This document shows positions 46,252 to 53,876 of a DNA stretch of 64,000 nucleotides, in pieces (the first letter of the stretch is position 1; every line of letters begins with the position of its first letter). Under the pieces are notes generated by a model. The model saw only the letters and a program-made list of their open reading frames with translations. It ran no database searches and had not been told where the DNA came from. Source of the stretch: an uncultured delta proteobacterium (GTDB taxonomy: Bacteria; Myxococcota_A; Polyangia; Fen-1088); contig CAVYGB010000008.1 of assembly GCA_963767925.1 (NCBI GenBank), positions 3,136,001 through 3,200,000 of the forward strand. Direction: 5' to 3'. The translations under genes were made by a program, and so were the position numbers.

Positions 46252-48720
46252 TCAGTTCTGTTTTTGCCACAGAATGGATTCTCGCCCGGAGACTGCGGTA
46301 AGAGGCGAGTCGACGGGATCTTCGATGGGACATCCGTCCGCGCCATGGACACCCACCGCCTCCGTCCGGCCGGTCGGAGTCCGGGATGAGATGTCGATCT
46401 CTGCCCAGCGCGACTCCTCCGAGTGAAAGATCCACAGTCGGTTTTCGCCCGACCAGCGCAATGCGCACCGCTTCGGTGAGATCACGCCGAGATCCACGGT
46501 GCCGCCATCCCGAAGAAGGACGACACCGAGTCGTAGCCTGGAGCCGACGAGCGAAAAAAATCCGAGTTTTTGACCGCTCGGCGAGAACCCGGCCACCCAC
46601 CATGCTCGATGGCCCAGGTTCAGCGGGCGGCAGCGCAGCTCCGGGCTCAGCTCGCAGAACCGCAGGTCTTTCGTGGCACCGTCGATGAACGCGAATGCGC
46701 GCCCATCGGGCCTGAACACCGGCTGGTGATGGCGGGGCCCATCCGTCAGGCGGCGATACAGACCACTGGGCTCGCTGTAGAGCCCGATGACGCTTCGGCC
46801 GCCAGGAAAATTCTCCTCGACCAGAACATTGCCCTCGACCGGGGCCGACATGCGCAGGAAATCTCCACTGCGAGCCAGCTCCCGCTTGGTTCCGTCGAGC
46901 CCTCGGCCGAACAGAATGCCCCAGCGACGGTGCGTCACGAACGATAATCCCCGTGCGCTCTCGGCGAGATGGGCGAAGTTCAGCTCACCCATGTGAGCCC
47001 GCCGTCGGACAGACTCATCTGCTCGCAGCTCCAGCAAGTCGGCGGGGCCCTCGGCGGGGGCGTGGATGAGCAGGAGCCCCCCTCGTTCGGCGAACTGTGC
47101 ACTCACGACGGGGGTGTTCAGCCGGTACTTCCTGGTGAGGCTCAAAGATGGAAACTCGTAGATCGTGACGAGGCCTCCGTCTGGAGCGCGATGGAGAGTG
47201 GCGATCCTGTCTCCCGCCTTGTTCACCGCAATGGACGACAGCAAGTGATCCAGCTCGGCCACCTCGGGCAACAGCGCTGAGAAGCCCTGGTCTCCAACGA
47301 CACCAACCCGACGCGAGTCATGGACATAGATGATCTCCTGTCCGGCAGGGTGCCACTGCGGCAGGTACCCACTCGTGAGGAGACGCGCCTCGCTTCCGTC
47401 CGGGTTTGGAGAAAGCATGAGTCTGACCTGGCCAACCGAGGCGCCCACACTGAAGGCCAATCTTCGTCCATCTGGCGAGGTCGCCGGGCAGGCGTAGGCG
47501 TAGGTCTCAGGCAAGATTCTCCAGGGGCGCGTCTGCCCGGTGTCGACGGACACCTCGACCGGCGAGGGCGGCGAGCCCCAGATGACCCGCAAGGTTTTTC
47601 CGTCGGAAGAAGGCGAGAGGCAGCGGACCGCTCCCGGCCACTTGATCACAGGCGTGGCCGTGTGGGTCCAGTCCTCGGGCGTGCCGACGAGGCGCGGGCG
47701 CAGCACGTCCTTCCCCGGGCGGCTCAGGTAGAAGGCCCCGGCGGTGGCCAGGCCGGCCAGGACCAGGCCGGCGGCCAGGCCCCACTTGCCGGCGCGCAGC
47801 GCCCCGAGGACGGTCACATACCGGCCGACCGAGGCGCGATCGAACTGGCGGATCACCTCCATCGCGGTCTGGGGGCGGCGGGGGGCGAGGTCGTCGAGGC
47901 AGGCGCCGCACAGGTGAGCCATCTGGCGCAGGCGGCGGGGGCTCGCGCGGTCGACGGGCGGCTTGAGGAAGCGCCCCCGCTTGGTGGTGTCCCACTCCGG
48001 CCGGCGGCTGAAGAAGATCTCGTGCAGGATCACGCCGAGCGAGAACACGTCGGAGGCCATCGAGGCGTCGCCGCCGAGCGAGACCTCCGGGGCCATGTAG
48101 GCCGGCGTTCCGACGGCGCCGCTGTAGCCGCTCACGAAGGTGCCCTGGCCGGGAGCCACCGCGAGGCCGAAGTCGGTGAGCACGAGGCGGCCGTCTTCCA
48201 TGCGGAGGACGTTGTCGGGCTTGACGTCGCGGTGAATGAGGCCGGCGGCGTGGATGGCGGCGAGGCCCTGGACCACCGCCCGGGCGTCGGCGATCCGCTC
48301 CTCGAAGGTACGATCCGGGCCGGCCTCCTTGAGGCGCTGGCGGAGCGAGCCGCCGCTGGCGTACTCCATCGAGAGGAAGCGGTAGCCGCCCGCCTCACCG
48401 GCGTCGAACACCCGGCAGACGTTGGGGTGGATGATCTGGCGGGCATGGCGCAGCTCGCTGCCGACGATCTCCTGCCAGCGATCGTCCGAGGCGATCTCCG
48501 GCTTGAAGACCTTGAGCGCCACCAGCGAGCGCGAAACCCGGTCGTCGGCCTCCAAAACCACCCCGGTGGCGCCCTTGCCGAGCACCCGGCGGATCTGGAA
48601 ACGCCCGGCCAGCACCGAGCCGGGCTCGAGCTGAACCACGCTCTCGCGCAGGAGCATCGCCCCTCCGGCGGCCGTCGCCTCGTCAGTCCCGCCCCTCGTC
48701 GACCAGTCAGACCGTGCCAA
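46252..48720 (-). CDS. Membrane Ser/Thr kinase with extracytoplasmic TolB/PD40-like beta-propeller
   Basis: GKGATG, ALK, HRDVKPDN, DFG, GTPAYMAPE; TM WGLAAGLVLAGLATAGAFYL; SPDGRRLAF, WHPAG, FRPDG, FSPSG blades; start TTG 48720 (GAGGAG RBS) or ATG 48657. Confidence 0.92.
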   Translation of the reverse strand: MARSDWSTRGGTDEATAAGGAMLLRESVVQLEPGSVLAGRFQIRRVLGKGATGVVLEADDRVSRSLVALKVFKPEIASDDRWQEIVGSELRHARQIIHPNVCRVFDAGEAGGYRFLSMEYASGGSLRQRLKEAGPDRTFEERIADARAVVQGLAAIHAAGLIHRDVKPDNVLRMEDGRLVLTDFGLAVAPGQGTFVSGYSGAVGTPAYMAPEVSLGGDASMASDVFSLGVILHEIFFSRRPEWDTTKRGRFLKPPVDRASPRRLRQMAHLCGACLDDLAPRRPQTAMEVIRQFDRASVGRYVTVLGALRAGKWGLAAGLVLAGLATAGAFYLSRPGKDVLRPRLVGTPEDWTHTATPVIKWPGAVRCLSPSSDGKTLRVIWGSPPSPVEVSVDTGQTRPWRILPETYAYACPATSPDGRRLAFSVGASVGQVRLMLSPNPDGSEARLLTSGYLPQWHPAGQEIIYVHDSRRVGVVGDQGFSALLPEVAELDHLLSSIAVNKAGDRIATLHRAPDGGLVTIYEFPSLSLTRKYRLNTPVVSAQFAERGGLLLIHAPAEGPADLLELRADESVRRRAHMGELNFAHLAESARGLSFVTHRRWGILFGRGLDGTKRELARSGDFLRMSAPVEGNVLVEENFPGGRSVIGLYSEPSGLYRRLTDGPRHHQPVFRPDGRAFAFIDGATKDLRFCELSPELRCRPLNLGHRAWWVAGFSPSGQKLGFFSLVGSRLRLGVVLLRDGGTVDLGVISPKRCALRWSGENRLWIFHSEESRWAEIDISSRTPTGRTEAVGVHGADGCPIEDPVDSPLTAVSGRESILWQKQN

Positions 48721-48812
48721 CGCTTCTCCTCATGGGCCCCCGCTGCCCGGGCAGATTATCACGTCCCCCCGGCGGCCCGGCGAAGCGGCCCGCGCCTCGT
48801 GCGCGGGGTCGT

Positions 48813-49142
48813 TCAGGTCAACTCTGTGTTCGGAGCGACGGGCCGGTCGCCGTCCTGGAGCAGGACGAAGCGCTCGTAGCGGAGGCGGAAGGCGCCCCCC
48901 TTGAATCGCTGCAGGGCCCAGTCCATGGCGTCCTCGAGGGTGTCGAAGATGGCGATGGGGCGGGCGCGCGCCCCGGGCGTCACGTCGTCGGGGAAGATGG
49001 CGAAGCAGCAGTCGACGAGATCCTCGCCGTCGTCGGGCGCGCCCTCCACGACCGAGCGGATCGCTCGGGCCGGCTCGGACGGGGCCGGCTCGAGGGGTGG
49101 ATCGAACAGCGGCTCGGGCGGTCTCAGGCGTCGTTTGTCCAT
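48813..49142 (-). CDS. Small hypothetical protein
   Basis: High-GC3 ORF from ATG 49142: ...CCFAIFPD...PIAIFDTLEDAMDWALQRFKGGAFRLRY. Confidence 0.7.
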   Translation of the reverse strand: MDKRRLRPPEPLFDPPLEPAPSEPARAIRSVVEGAPDDGEDLVDCCFAIFPDDVTPGARARPIAIFDTLEDAMDWALQRFKGGAFRLRYERFVLLQDGDRPVAPNTELT

Positions 49143-49358
49143 GGGGAGGCCTTCAGCAAGGAACGATCCGCCCGACAGCCCCGGACTTGCAGGGGGCGAG
49201 ACCCGGCGAGACGGCCCCGGATCCGTGACTGGGGCCGCGGGATACGTGACTCGACTCGAGGACACCCCTGGCGCCCCCGGGGTCCGAGGCCATTTTGGGT
49301 GCTAGAGTGCCGGAATGACGGTCCGCGTCCTCGAACTTCGACCGTCGCCGCGACTGTC

Positions 49359-50771
49359 ATGGAAGAGCTGACGACCCAGGACCAGGTGAGCCGCCGCCCC
49401 CCAGACCAGGTGGAGATGGCCGTCCTCCTGGTGCTCGGCCCCCTGGAGGGACCCGGGCGGGCCCTGGGGATGATCCGGCTGCCGGCCGAGCTGGAGATCG
49501 GACGGGGCGAGCCCCGGGTGGGCCCCGACCGGTGGCAGATCGACGACGGAACGGTATCCCGGCGCCACGCCGTCGTCCGGCGCGAGGCCGGCGCCTACCT
49601 CCTCGAGGACAGCGGCAGCCGCAACGGGACATGGCTGAGCGGCGTGGTGCTGCGGAACGAGCGGGCCCGCCTGGGCAACGGGGCCCTGATCGTGCTGGGC
49701 TCCGAGGTGGCGGCCTTCCGCCGGATGAACGAGGAGCAGCTGGCGGCCATCGTCGCCGAGCAGGAGCGGCCGCTGGGGCCGGTGCCGACCGCCTCCCCGG
49801 TCCTGGCGGAGGGGCTGCGCCGGCTGCGCATCCTGGCCGGGACCGACCGGCCGGTCCTCCTGGCCGGGGAGACCGGCACGGGCAAGGAGGTCTACGCCCG
49901 GGCGGTGCACGATCTAAGCGGGCGGCGCGGCCCCTTCATCGCCCTCAACTGCGCCAGCTTCAACCGGGAGCTGTTCGAGAGCCACCTGTTCGGCTACCGG
50001 CGCGGCAGCCACTCACAGGCCCGCGAGGATCACCCCGGGGTCCTGGCCAGCGCCGAGGGGGGGACGGTCTTTCTCGACGAGATCGGCGAGATGGAGCCCA
50101 CTCTGCAGACCAAGCTGCTCCGCTTCCTGCAGGACAAGACCTTCCTCGGCCTCGGCTTCACCCGGCCCCGCCAGGCCGACGTGCGGATCATCGCCGCCAC
50201 CCAGTCGCCGCAGACAACCTTGCGCGGGGACATCCTGGGCCGGCTCGGCGCCGACCCCGTGGTGTTGCCCGCGCTCCGGCGCCGGCGCGAGGACATCCCC
50301 GCCCTCTGCCGCCACTTCCTGCGCTGCCGGCCCGGCGGCGGCGACGTCCGGAGCGTCGACCGGGCCGCCTGCTTCGCCCTGTGCCTGTACGCCTGGCCCC
50401 GCAACATCCGCGAGCTGGAGGCCACCCTGGGCGAGGGGGCCCTGTCGGCCGCCGAACGCGGCGCCACCCGGATCGAGCTGCCGGATCTGCCCATGCGCAT
50501 CCGGGAGCTGGTCCGGCGGGGTCCCGACGCCGACGAGGAGACCGAGCCGGCCGGGCGTGCGCCCGCCCCCACGGACACGCCCCCCGCCACCCGCCGCGAG
50601 CGGCCCACCCGGGCCGAGCTGGAGGAGCTTTTGCGCCAGCACCACGGCCACGTGCCGGCGGTGGCCCGCCAGCTCGAACGGCGGCGCGAGCTGGTCTGGC
50701 GATGGTGTCGCCTCGACGGCCTCGACCCGAACGCCTTCAAGGACATCCGATCCGCCCTGAGGCCCCGCTGA
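49359..50771 (+). CDS. FHA-domain sigma54-dependent enhancer-binding protein (EBP2)
   Basis: FHA IGR, VSRRHA, GSRNGT; GETGTGKE, VFLDEIGE, WPRNIREL, HTH. Confidence 0.92.
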   Translation: MEELTTQDQVSRRPPDQVEMAVLLVLGPLEGPGRALGMIRLPAELEIGRGEPRVGPDRWQIDDGTVSRRHAVVRREAGAYLLEDSGSRNGTWLSGVVLRNERARLGNGALIVLGSEVAAFRRMNEEQLAAIVAEQERPLGPVPTASPVLAEGLRRLRILAGTDRPVLLAGETGTGKEVYARAVHDLSGRRGPFIALNCASFNRELFESHLFGYRRGSHSQAREDHPGVLASAEGGTVFLDEIGEMEPTLQTKLLRFLQDKTFLGLGFTRPRQADVRIIAATQSPQTTLRGDILGRLGADPVVLPALRRRREDIPALCRHFLRCRPGGGDVRSVDRAACFALCLYAWPRNIRELEATLGEGALSAAERGATRIELPDLPMRIRELVRRGPDADEETEPAGRAPAPTDTPPATRRERPTRAELEELLRQHHGHVPAVARQLERRRELVWRWCRLDGLDPNAFKDIRSALRPR

Positions 50772-50888
50772 CTGCCAGCCGGTCGGGCGCACGAGCTAGC
50801 ACGACGCGCGTGTGACAGCGCTGCCGCGATGACCGCCTGTTTTCCGTCGCTCCGGGAGACGAGATCGCGGCCACCCCGACGGAGAGCG

Positions 50889-50905
50889 TTGGCTCCCGGT
50901 TTGCT
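50889..50905 (+). promoter_or_regulatory. sigma54 -24/-12 promoter of ECF sigma factor
   Basis: TTGGCTCCCGGTTTGCT, GG(50891)-N10-GC(50903). Confidence 0.7.
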
Positions 50906-50932
50906 TTGTGCGCTGGGCTGGAGGTGGAGGAG

Positions 50933-51457
50933 ATGCTCGTTTCCAGCCCCGACCCCGTCCCCGTCGACTTCGCCGCGGCGGTGTTGTCGCTCGCCAGGCC
51001 ACTTTATTCGCGTGCGATGTCACTGGAGCGCTCGGCGGAGGACGCCGAGGACCTGACCCAGGACACGTTCGAGCGGGCCTTGCGGAACCTTCACCAGTTC
51101 CAGCCGGGCACCAACCTCCGGATGTGGCTTTTCCGCATCATGTACAACCTGTTCGTCGACAGGCGCCGCCGGCGCCAGGCCGAGGCCCGCAACGACAGCC
51201 TCGACGCCGCCGACCTGGCTGCGCCGGAGCCGGATTCCCTCGAGCCCTGGGAGCAGATCGACCACGACAAGGTGGCAGCCACCCTGGCCGGGCTCGACCC
51301 GCAGTTCCGGGACGTGCTGGAGCTGCACCTGGTCCCCCACACCTACCGTGAGATCGGCGCCACACTCGGGATCCCGCCGGGCACGGTGGGGACCCGCCTG
51401 CTGCGGGCCCGGCACAAGCTCCGCAGCATCCTGGCCCCGATGGCCGCCGTCATGTGA
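50933..51457 (+). CDS. ECF-family RNA polymerase sigma factor
   Basis: DAEDLTQDTF, WLFRIMYN, YREIGATLGIPPGTVGTRLLRAR; GGAGG RBS. Confidence 0.92.
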   Translation: MLVSSPDPVPVDFAAAVLSLARPLYSRAMSLERSAEDAEDLTQDTFERALRNLHQFQPGTNLRMWLFRIMYNLFVDRRRRRQAEARNDSLDAADLAAPEPDSLEPWEQIDHDKVAATLAGLDPQFRDVLELHLVPHTYREIGATLGIPPGTVGTRLLRARHKLRSILAPMAAVM

Positions 51458-51492
51458 GGCGACGGCGGCCCGGGGCCCGCCGGGCTGGTGCT

Positions 51493-53220
51493 CTACGGCG
51501 CCAGGTATTCGTCGGCGCCGCAGTCGCTGCGGGTGCCGTTGGGCGGGCGGGCCTCGCCGTCGATGTCGTCGGCCGGCATGTCGGAGCTCGACATCGCGTC
51601 CTGGCAGGGCGCGCCCTCGGTGAGGTGGTAGGCCCGGGTGGTGGAGAAGCGTGGATCCACGCCCTCTCTCCCGCTGGGCTCCATGCAGTTGAAGGAGTTG
51701 AGCCCGAGGTTGTTGAACAGCAACACGCCGATCAGGCTCTGGTTGGTCGAGTTGCAGACCACCCCCGCCTCGTTGTTGTCGACGACCGTGTTGGCTCGAA
51801 AACGTCCGTTGCGCCCGCCGCCGGGCGTACCCAGGAAGACGCCGCCGAAGCGGGTGGGGCCCACCGAGCCGAGCCCGTTCTTGGCGAACACGCTGTTGGT
51901 GATGTCGAAGGTGGCGCCGTTGGCGATGCGGAGCCCGCCCTCCCGGTTGAGCTCGACGATCACGCGGTTGAGCTGAACCGTCGACCCGCCGTCGACGACG
52001 ATCCCGGTCTGGTTGCCGGTGACCTTGAGGCCGCGGATGTGGAGGTTGCCCGAGCCGATCTGGACTCCTATCTCGGAGGGCGAGGTGATGGTCGCGCCCT
52101 CCTGGCCAACGATTGTGATCTGGGCGCCCGAGGCCTCGATCTCCAGCTCCGACAGGGGCTGCGGTCCCCGGAGGCGGATCATGCGGCGGTTGGCCGCCAC
52201 GGCGCCCAGGGCGGCCTGCGGCTCGCAGAAGGGCATCGCGAAGCGCCCCTCGCCCCCGTTCATCGAGCAGGGGGTGGCGTTCTGCACGTAGATGGTCTCG
52301 TCGTCGCGCGCGCAGCGGCCGTCCCGGGGGAACAGGCAGATGCCCGGCTTGTCCCCGTCCCGCTCCTTGCACTCGGCGTCCCGGGTGCAGCCGACACATT
52401 CGTTGTCCTCGCAGATGGGGCTGCTGTCCGCCTTGCAGTCGGTGCTGACCCCGCACTGGACGCAGCTTCCGCCCGGCAAGCAGATCGGCAGGGCGTTGCT
52501 CGTCTTCTGGGCGCAGGCGGCGTTGCCGCCCCCCTCGTCGCAGGCCACGCAGGCGCCCGCGGCGCACAGGGGCTGATCGGCGGACTTGCAATCGCCGTGG
52601 CCCTGGCACTCGACGCACACGTTGTCCGTCGTGCAAAACGGTCGGGCGGTGGGGCAATCAACGGCCGCCAGGCACTCCACGCAGGTCCGGGCCTCGGTGC
52701 ACCGGCGCTTCTCGCTCGGGCAATGCATGTCCACCGTGCAGGCCACGCAGGTGTTCTCGAAGCACTGCGAGGTGCTGCCCGCGCAGTGGCTGTTCTCCGA
52801 GCAGGTCCCGGGCGCGTCGGGGGGCGTGTCGGGGGGCGCATCCGGGCCGGGGACGGGGATGCCCGGGTCGCCGGGGTCGACGGCGGCGTCCCCGTCCCCG
52901 CTGCCGCTGCCGTTGCCGTTGCCGTTGCCCGGCGGGTTCGCGCCGCCGTCGCCGGCCGGCATGCCCCCGGTGCCGTCGATGCGAGGGCCTCCCTCGGGCG
53001 AGGAGCCAGGTCCGCCCGGCATCCGCTCGCACTTGTGCCGAGCCATGTTGCAGGAATAGCCGGCGCCGCACTCGACGCTGGCCACGCAGGTGCTCGGATC
53101 GTCCCGGGTCCCGCAGGCCAGCGAGAGCAGCAGGGCCCAGCCGACGGCCGTCGCTGTCGCGGTCCAGGCCGGGCGAGCGGTGACGTGCGGAGCATCGGAT
53201 CGCGGTCCTGGTTGAGCCAT
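51493..53220 (-). CDS. Cys-rich repeat lipoprotein with C-terminal right-handed beta-helix
   Basis: Lipobox LSLAC; CV(A/E/Q)C....C repeats; beta-helix-like repeats; DIDGEARP...DCGADE tail. Confidence 0.8.
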   Translation of the reverse strand: MAQPGPRSDAPHVTARPAWTATATAVGWALLLSLACGTRDDPSTCVASVECGAGYSCNMARHKCERMPGGPGSSPEGGPRIDGTGGMPAGDGGANPPGNGNGNGSGSGDGDAAVDPGDPGIPVPGPDAPPDTPPDAPGTCSENSHCAGSTSQCFENTCVACTVDMHCPSEKRRCTEARTCVECLAAVDCPTARPFCTTDNVCVECQGHGDCKSADQPLCAAGACVACDEGGGNAACAQKTSNALPICLPGGSCVQCGVSTDCKADSSPICEDNECVGCTRDAECKERDGDKPGICLFPRDGRCARDDETIYVQNATPCSMNGGEGRFAMPFCEPQAALGAVAANRRMIRLRGPQPLSELEIEASGAQITIVGQEGATITSPSEIGVQIGSGNLHIRGLKVTGNQTGIVVDGGSTVQLNRVIVELNREGGLRIANGATFDITNSVFAKNGLGSVGPTRFGGVFLGTPGGGRNGRFRANTVVDNNEAGVVCNSTNQSLIGVLLFNNLGLNSFNCMEPSGREGVDPRFSTTRAYHLTEGAPCQDAMSSSDMPADDIDGEARPPNGTRSDCGADEYLAP

Positions 53221-53311
53221 GGCGGCCGAATCATGACGCGATTCGCTCCCGCGGCCAAGACCCCATTGGCTCTGTCGTCGACGCACTGGGCTCCGTCCGC
53301 TCTGGCGCCAC

Positions 53312-53347
53312 AAAAGAAACGGCCGACGCCTGGATCGACGTCGGCCG
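53312..53347 (-). terminator. Intrinsic terminator-like hairpin (minus strand)
   Basis: CGGCCGACG-loop-CGTCGGCCG followed by TTTCTTTT on minus strand. Confidence 0.55.
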
Positions 53348-53785
53348 CAACCCCGAGATCGGCTTTTTTCGACGACCTTGCCCGCCTCGCCACCCTCCCC
53401 GCCGCCGCCTCGTGACCTCCCACCGACCCGGAGCTCGAGACATTTCGCGGGAGCCCCGCTGAACGCCATCGCCTCCCACCCTCCCCGCCGCCCACCCCAT
53501 GACCTGCTCCCGGGAGGGGCCCTGACCCGCCCTCGCCGCTATCTGGCTGCCCCTGTCTTTGCCTGTCTCTGTCGCCTGCCTCGGTTCCTGTCTCGAGCAG
53601 GCCCGTCTCGTTACCCATCCACCCCGCCGTGCCCGCCCTCTCCCGCCACCGTGCCCACCATCGTATCTAGCGGAGCTCCCGCGACGGGGGGGTTAAACTT
53701 GGGTAATCCTCCGGTTAACCGAGGGGTTCGGGCGCGGTACGCCGGGGCTAGCTACACTTGGAGGAGCGTCTGTCGATGGCCGGCG

Positions 53786-53837
53786 CTGTCACGTGACAAC
53801 TCGTGCTGGTGTCACCTATCCGTCGCTCAAGCGACAC
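53786..53837 (+). promoter_or_regulatory. Putative Pho box upstream of ppk1
   Basis: GTCAC 53811, GTCGC 53822, GACAC 53833 at 11-bp period, plus CTGTCAC at 53786. Confidence 0.5.
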
Positions 53838-53876
53838 ATTTCAGGCAAACCCCGAAGCTAGGATGCGAGCGCCTAC

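Noticed and set aside
46019..46603. Track ORFs 46019..46426, 46024..46389, 45891..46352, 46031..46603
   Set aside because: No RBS or motifs and they overlap the kinase end; the 40-aa ORF has promoter, RBS and signal peptide.
48705..48720. TTGGCAC on minus strand as a sigma54 promoter for the kinase
   Set aside because: No GC at the -12 position (reads GACT); better explained as the TTG start after GAGGAG.
48714..49358. N-terminal extension of EBP2 ORF
   Set aside because: Antisense to the small gene at 48813..49142 and low complexity; ATG 49359 gives a length matching EBP1.
52885..52935. (GCCGTT)n/(GCCGCT)n microsatellite
   Set aside because: In-frame hexamers coding the GNGNGNGSGSG linker; cannot phase-shift the frame.
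53300..53520. Known riboswitch upstream of the Cys-rich lipoprotein
   Set aside because: No conserved aptamer motif recognisable by eye; kept only as an unexplained structured region.
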